A DNA stretch of 30,947 nt from Xylographa opegraphella. Taxonomy: Eukaryota. Shown here piece after piece: positions 24,411 to 30,947 of this stretch (within the stretch, counting starts at the first letter, position 1; every line of letters starts with the position of its first letter). Made by a program: the position numbers and the translations under genes. The stretch is from contig JALDZX010000038.1 of assembly GCA_022813865.1 (NCBI GenBank), forward strand, positions 186,001 through 216,947, in the 5' to 3' direction. The notes under the pieces were generated by a model. The model searched no databases. It was not told the DNA's origin and was given only the letters and a program-made list of their open reading frames with translations.

Positions 24411-25808
24411 GGTGAGTTAATAGTAGGGTTTGATTCTGTGCTTAGACGTCGATCTGGAGGAGGATCGCGAGCTGCAGAGGCTTCTTAGTACTGAGTAGAA
24501 CTGGCGAAGACTGTGATTGTATTCAATACCGGCGACGATCTGAGCGGGAGGGAGAGGAGGGATTGATCAATGAGCTCCAGATAGTGAGTACAGCAACGAC
24601 AAAGACAGTGAAGATTTCAAATTTGCAGAAATCAGCCATAGACGTGCCGTGAGGTGAGGAACGAAAGAGGAAAAGATGGCAAGCGGGCGGCTTGCGCTCT
24701 GATATAGCAGTGGTGAGACCGTGAATACGCGGAAACGCAACAGGAGGCTCGGCTGTTGCTGGTGAGGTTTGGGAAGTGAAACATCATACAGAAAGTCAGA
24801 ATTTGTTGCTCGCAACGGTCTGAGGATGGACAGTGTTATGAAAAGAGAGTGTTGGTCACTGTTGGGCAGACCAGAGAAGTTGGCTTCTGGTTGAGCGTGA
24901 GAGGCAAATAATTCATTGGTGAGGGCTGGACTCATCACGGCTTCGTCAATGTTATGCTTGTGAAGCTTTCATATTACGGCCACGACTTGCTGCCATAGCA
25001 TGCTTTGCGCATCCTGGCTGGAGAAGATTCGTGGTTTGTTGCAGACTCGAGTGAGAAGAATATGCGGCACGGTTGAGTTGGCCAGACTTCGTAGGGCTGC
25101 GACAATGTGGAGCGCTACTTAACTTTAGAGATCCACACACATACAATATTCATAAGCGCTCGAGGAGAACAAGAGATCCTGCTGCACAAGCCCACCTGTA
25201 CAGCCTGCTTGGTGATAATGATAATGAATGAAATATTAATGTGCGATCAAAAGGATTTGCCACCACTACCTTTATTTCAGCCTATAAGGCAGGACAACCT
25301 GAAAGTGGCTAGCAACCTTAGGAATTTAAGTCTCTGGCTTTCTGAATAGTAAATTGCTTGAGTATTGGTAGACTACTAGGATTCGAATTTGGAAATTATC
25401 AAATTGCTCGCATTCGCAGCCTCAATATGGCAGATCCGAGAGACATACACCCATGATAGTACATCCCAACGATTTATCTTCTGATAGAAGTGATTATTGG
25501 GTAACCAGAGGTTCATCTGAGCCAATTACGATTCTACTTATCCATACTCTCAAATGCCTTGGTGTCCCTCAAGCTCTGCTCTTCCATGCGCCGTGACTCA
25601 GCTTCAATATCCCATCTCAGGGTCGTCTCTACAGCTAAGAGAAGTGAAGGCATTGGTGAAGTCTTACTGGTAAGAAGTGTATGGGTGATCTCGTAAGACA
25701 CGAAGTGCAGCGTCTGATCCTTTTCCGAGTCCAATGCTCACTCTCCAATCAAGTTGGGTAATGGTCCAGCTTCGACCGTCGTTGAAGCTCAGAGTGGAGT
25801 GAACGGTC

Positions 25809-25873
25809 CCCGCCGATTGCCTCAGTCCTGCGGGTTAGTGCGCCACGTCTGAGGGACTGAGGCAACCCGCCGA
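25809..25873. repeat. 49-bp element with perfect 12-bp terminal inverted repeats flanked by an 8-bp direct repeat (MITE-like relic)
   Basis: CCCGCCGA (25809-25816), TTGCCTCAGTCC (25817-25828), 25-nt spacer, GGACTGAGGCAA (25854-25865), CCCGCCGA (25866-25873). Confidence 0.6.
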
Positions 25874-26400
25874 AACTTGAAAGGTTGTTGAGATTTCAAC
25901 CGATCAGTGATATCGAATGATTCACAAAAAATATCAGGATAGGGGTCGGTTTTCGAAGGAAGCACTGCGGCGATGGACTTGATTCTTCAAACCAGGAAGA
26001 GATCGTGAATTCAGTCATGAAAAAGAATCAAGGCGACGAAACCCTGGAGGGATACAATAGTCACTGGGGATGTCAACCGAGAATCCAATCAGGAGAAGAC
26101 AAAGATATTACGTGGTATATAGAAAGATCCGTTATCACTCTCTCATTTTGAAATATCTGATTGTCGAGTGAGCCACAACACAGTATGTTGAAAATTACTG
26201 CTGGACTCCACACGTTTCATGGAGTGAGATAAATTTGGAATATTAAGGCAAGCTTACATTAGAAACAAGCCAAGGCAAATCATTAGACTATATTGATATA
26301 AACATGAAGAGTTGACTCTCAAGCAAAAGCGGTGAGCCGTCCAAGGCATCATGGTATATCCGCATCTTGGTACAATCTATCAAGCCATCTACAACGTATA

Positions 26401-29400
26401 TTACCGTTTCTCGACCAGGAGAAGATGCATCGCTCCATATGCAACCACTATTAACACTGCCGACATGACAGCAAGACCAATAACATCGTTCCAAAGGGCT
26501 AGAACTTGGAACCCAAAGGCGCTGAGGATGGATGCCCCTGGGACCTCGATGTCCAGGCCGTATCTCCTGTCAATGAGCGTAAGATATCGGACTTCGTTGA
26601 CCATCAGACCCTCGAACCCATAATGGAAAATTGACAACTACTTATAGTCAATATATTGAGAACAAAAGGGCTCCAGACATTGCAATTGTCTTACCTTCTG
26701 CAGCCACAAAGCCGACTTCGGCATGGCCTCACGGTTGAGAAGAAAGCCCGCGAACAACAGACTGAACAGCATCACCAAGCTTCCTATAAGATTGGCGACT
26801 CCGCTGTCTTTAAACAGGATACCGATCAGTAGACAGATTACCGATGCTGCGAGATTGAAAAGTATGATAATCAGCATGAACTTCAAGAACTCTGGCCATG
26901 AAGGGACCAAGCCGGTCATAGGATATACGATAACTCCAAGGATAATCGGAGGTATTAATCGTAGAGGAACTATATCAAACACGACTTTGGCAGTAAAGTA
27001 CGTGACAGGTGCATAGTAACCATTTGCACGCTCTCGGAGGAAGAGTAGACGTTCCGAGGTGAAGGTCGTCAAACTAGTTAAAGTGCTGAAGCCGAAGAGG
27101 GCAAGTATGAAGAACAGAAGCCCAAGTCGATTCTGGAAACCTTTAATATCACTCGAGAGCCCATAGAATAGGAATCCGCAGAGAACCGCAACCAGGATTG
27201 CAATGGCGTAATGAGCAAGCATCAATAGCGGATTCCTATAAAGATTCCGCCAAGTCCGCAAGGAAAGGATCATGAATTGTCTTAGTAATCCAATTCGTTT
27301 ATAGCTCCTCATAGTGCCTGCCTTCGCAGCACCGTTTGGCTGGCCATTAGCGTGGCCATTTGCGCTTGTCGCACTATCAATTGCGCTTTGGATCTCGGCA
27401 CGAGTCGAAGCTGCGACTTCTGAAGCAACAAAATTGGAGATGAGGACATCTAAATCGTTTCCAAGCCCAGACGCTGGTGGCGGCAACTGGTGTGGGTCGT
27501 CTAGTATCTGTGGGGGCACCTGTCCTGGAGCTCTAGAAAGCTTCAGCCATTGTTCAGATGCTTCCGCGTTGCTGGTCAAGTCGGGGACTTCGTCATCAGT
27601 TCGTAGAGTTTCAGGTGTTTCAAAACCACCACTTTTTTGTCGAGTATATAGCTTCCGATCCTGTTGTTGCTTGAGAGACAGCCTTCTGTTCCCTTTAGGT
27701 CTTCTGATCGATTCGCCAGGACTTCCATAGCTGCTATTGTCCATACTGACATTAGAAGCGCTTGCTATTGATTTGACAGCTCGAACGCTACTTGACACAG
27801 TTCGCATATCATCACCCACTTCAAGTCCCGGAACGATGCTTTCTTCAGCCGGTAGCCGTTCGGCTCCTACGTGCATTGTGAGGTCTACCAGATAATCAGC
27901 AATATTGAATCCTGGCGGACACGAGTATCCGATGGAATCGAAGTACTGTTGGCAGCTTGAAAATGGACCTGAATAGACAATTCTCCCCTTCGCTAATAAC
28001 ATAAGCTGGTCGAACAATGCCACAATATTAGAACGAGGCTGATGGATGGTGAAGATCACTGTTCGGTTGTAGTTCTTGGCAAGTGTCACTAAAGACTCGA
28101 CGACGTTGAATGCATTAAAGGCATCGAGACCACTTGTCGGTTCGTCGAGGAAAAGGATACTCGGACTTGTGACCAATTCGCAGGCAATACCTACTCTTCT
28201 CTTTTCTCCACCAGAGATGCCTCGACCTTTCCCTTCCTCAGAGCCAATAATTTGATCTTTGATGTGATAAATTCCGAGTTGTTTTTCGACTTCGTAAACC
28301 TTTTGCTCCTTTGTAAATTTACTCATATCGCGTGGCAATCTGAGTAACGCACTGTTCAGGATGGTTTCATGTACTGTCAATGTAGGCAGCATAGTATCAT
28401 CCTGATCCACGAAGCCGATCACGCTGCGGTATTCTGCATCGATGACCTTCTCACCATTGACGTAGTATTGGCCTTCGACAATACCACGCTTGTTCTTTCG
28501 AGCTAGAATGTCTAAGAAAGTGGTTTTCCCAGCCCCAGAAGCACCCATTATAGCCATCACTTGGCCTGGATGGGCTATGCCGCGAACGTCAGAAAGAATT
28601 TGCTTGCCGTTAAGATTGTAAGCAACGTCCTCGAACTGAAGTGCAGCTGCCCTATGATCGGTCATCAGTCTGGCGTTCTCGTCATCGGAATCATCCAAAT
28701 AAATCGGACCGTGGCGGCTATAAGCTCTCCTGGAAAGATACCACACGAGGAGCACCACGGCAACAATGAACAAGGCGCATCCAGCGATGACGCCTGCAAT
28801 CAGAGGTGTGTTTATCTTCGGCACTGGTCTTTCGTATCCCGGAACCTCTGTACGATATAGACATTCCCCAGCATGACAGTCAAGGGTGATGTACTCATCG
28901 CCAAATATAGACTGAATGAGTTCATTCATTGCAGGTTCTTCAAATCTGCTTCCATCTCGGCTACTTCCACCTTCGGTTGATGAGGATGAAAACGTCGCAG
29001 GTCCTTTGATAGACTGATCCAGGAACTCGCCAATGTCAATCGAGCCCTCCTCTCCACACAACATGCGTCCGGGGATACAGGAACATTTGACATGCTCACA
29101 AAGGTAATTTGTGGTATTCCGCTCGTATTCCAGTTGTGCACTCCATGAGCAAGTATCCAAAGCACAGTAGAACGATTCTCGCTGGTCGATCCAAACTGGA
29201 ATCTGTCAGCGTCTCAATCGATTCGAAATCGTCTGTAACTTACATTGGAAATTGCAGGTCTCGTCCTCAGCATTGCAGGAGAAAGTCACCTGTGGCTTTT
29301 GATCTGGACCAAGTTGATCTATGATCTTCTTGTTCGTAACATCACACATCTGGTAGTTCTCCTTCACCACAACAGATTGTTTATAACAGACGCCACCCTC

Positions 29401-29817
29401 TCCTTCCGGCATGAGTGCATCGCAACCCCGATCGGTTGTGCAGACATTGCAGTTGATTCCTTCCCATCCTTCCTTACAGACGCAAGACATATGGTCATTT
29501 TCTCGCGGTTCGCGCTCATTTCCATCCGCCAGCGAGCCGCACAGAGGCTGCGAACAATCATCCGTCCCAAAGCCCGGTGGACAGGAGCATTTGCCGTTGT
29601 ATTTGTTGCAGGACGCGTATTGGGTACAACGGTCAGACTCAAGGCCGGAGTTGCAGTTGAAACAGGATGGACATTTTGGGCAGCCGTCCGGTCGATCATC
29701 GAGGATAGAAAAGTCGGAGCGCAAAAGATCTGCTCTTGAGGAGTTTCGATACGCATTTACTGACCATGACGTGCTCAGCAGGCCCAACGCCACCACAACG
29801 GCCCCTGTTGGGCGCAT
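26401..29817 (-). CDS. ADP1: ABCG half-transporter with N-terminal EGF-like Cys-rich luminal domain
   Basis: Signal peptide, then Cys-rich EGF-like repeats ([20 protein letters not shown]), a TM segment, an NBD ([34 protein letters not shown]) and an ABC2 membrane domain. Introns 29243-29196 and 26694-26638. Ends ...LLVEKR*. Confidence 0.93.
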
Positions 29818-30229
29818 GTGAAGGCTCTGATATCAAAGCTGCTGTGGCGTTGGTGGGTGTAGAAACCTAGCGGAGAGACCAGTATTGTTGAAAAGAGTCG
29901 TGTTGCTATTCGAACAAAGATCGTTTTACAGAGTAGATCCCGATGTCTTGAGCGATTACCTTGAGAACGGTGACACTGCAGGTTGGATTAGAGGCAGATG
30001 GAGTGATGCGTGTTGCAGATAATGTCTGATAACGTTGTGGCGGGGGGAAGCTTGGGCAGAGGGCGGTCATGAGCATGCGCAATTACGCCCCATTGGTCGG
30101 AGCTGTGAAATACCCCGGATTTCGGAGTGCCCTCGCCGAGGTCCGCCCGCCGGAACGGAAGAGCGGCGCCTCGGCCCTTTCGACGATCATCGAAGCAATT
30201 CAGGTCTTCCTGTCGCAGGCGGAGCCGCT

Positions 30230-30947
30230 AACGGCTCGCCTAATCGCACTAATAAGCGACCTGCCCGATTCGGTACGAAGCATTACGAAGGTTCGGGTAT
30301 TGAAAAAAAAACTTTCGCCCGCTCGAATAGATATTTTATATAATCGTAAAATTTTATATAATATTTATAGTGTTGAAAATCCAGGGGTGTTAAGGTTCTC
30401 ACCCTAACAGGGTAGGAGGGGATGGGGGGAACCTATCTCCGGTGGTCCATGTGGTCCTGTCAGGACCACCAGGACCACCCACGAACAGGGCTTCTATATA
30501 GAGTGAAGGGTTTTCTATGTTATAGAGGGCGTGTTCAACTCATGTTATGATCTTAGACTACTAGGCTTCAATACAGTACTGTACGAAGACTATTAGACTG
30601 GAGCATTAAGACTGCATCGTGACTTCCTATCTACTCATTGACGAATCCAACCCAGATCCCTAATCGAATCATACTAGTGAGAGGCAGGATCGTAACACCC
30701 ATTCGTTAAACCTTAGCTTTTGATAGACCAATCAGATGGCTTAGAAAACAACTTTAACAACAGTGATAGCGATGGATTTAAAAGTAATAGAAAGGAAGGC
30801 GATAATAGGTTTAACACAGCTTGGGCTAAAAGACTATTATTATTATAAGAACTAGACATTCGTTTGTTTTATTAAAAAAAAGGACTTTGTTGAAAATCAG
30901 GGCGTTAGCAGTCTGTGTTGTTGGTCCTTTACTATAGCCGATTAGGC
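30230..30947. mobile_element. AT/TpA-rich region, probable RIP-degenerated repeat or transposon remnant (continues past the window)
   Basis: By eye, TA and CG dinucleotides are abundant and CA/TG are scarce (e.g. gatattttatataatcgtaaaattttatataatatttatag; agactattattattataagaactag). No credible long ORF and no recognisable transposon domain. Left boundary approximate. Confidence 0.45.

Noticed and set aside
23937..24420. Plus-strand ORFs of 113 and 104 aa
   Set aside because: Antisense to the spliced secreted-protein gene, which has consensus splice signals and a signal peptide.
25740..25815. TPP riboswitch-like words on the minus strand (CTGAG...TACCC...AACTTGAT)
   Set aside because: The downstream conserved TAAT...AGCG(T/A)AGG segment is missing and there is no adjacent thiamine gene.
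25815..25880. HDV-like or hammerhead ribozyme in the pseudoknot-like pairing
   Set aside because: No room for P1.1, P4 and J4/2 in either orientation, and no CUGANGA core correctly placed relative to GAAA.
24420..26390. Telomerase RNA in the 2-kb gene-free gap (CTAACCC seen on the minus strand near 25835)
   Set aside because: No full TAACCCTAA template was found on either strand, and I could not identify the pseudoknot or CR4/5 by eye.
13630..29817. Two ABC transporters as evidence of a secondary-metabolite or RiPP cluster
   Set aside because: Both are conserved housekeeping types (STE6, ADP1), and no PKS, NRPS, DUF3328/UstYa or tailoring enzymes are present in the window.

Overview
Eukaryotic, intron-containing DNA from a filamentous ascomycete (Pezizomycotina-type GT-AG introns of about 50 nt with CTRAC branch points). 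It is a gene-dense, mostly housekeeping region. In order: a partial conserved hypothetical gene at the left edge, a proline-rich conserved fungal protein, a small membrane protein, homoisocitrate dehydrogenase (LYS12), an F-box protein, a coiled-coil protein, a single-pass membrane protein, an a-factor-type ABCB exporter (STE6/HST6), a PBDC1/YPL225W-family protein, NOG2, mitoribosomal mS26/PET123-like, a small spliced secreted protein, and the ABCG transporter ADP1. The right edge grades into AT/TpA-rich, RIP-like sequence. The best signals missed by the ORF track are four: an H/ACA snoRNA (snR191/U19 type, both guide pockets readable) inside NOG2 intron 2; a 91-aa secreted precursor with Kex2/Ste13-like processing motifs; a 49-bp element with perfect 12-bp inverted ends flanked by a perfect 8-bp direct repeat; and two sharply bounded GC-rich, C-to-G skewed islands in LYS12 and the last HST6 exon. 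I cannot show a wholly new biological system from sequence alone. Gene names come from motif recognition, not database searches.
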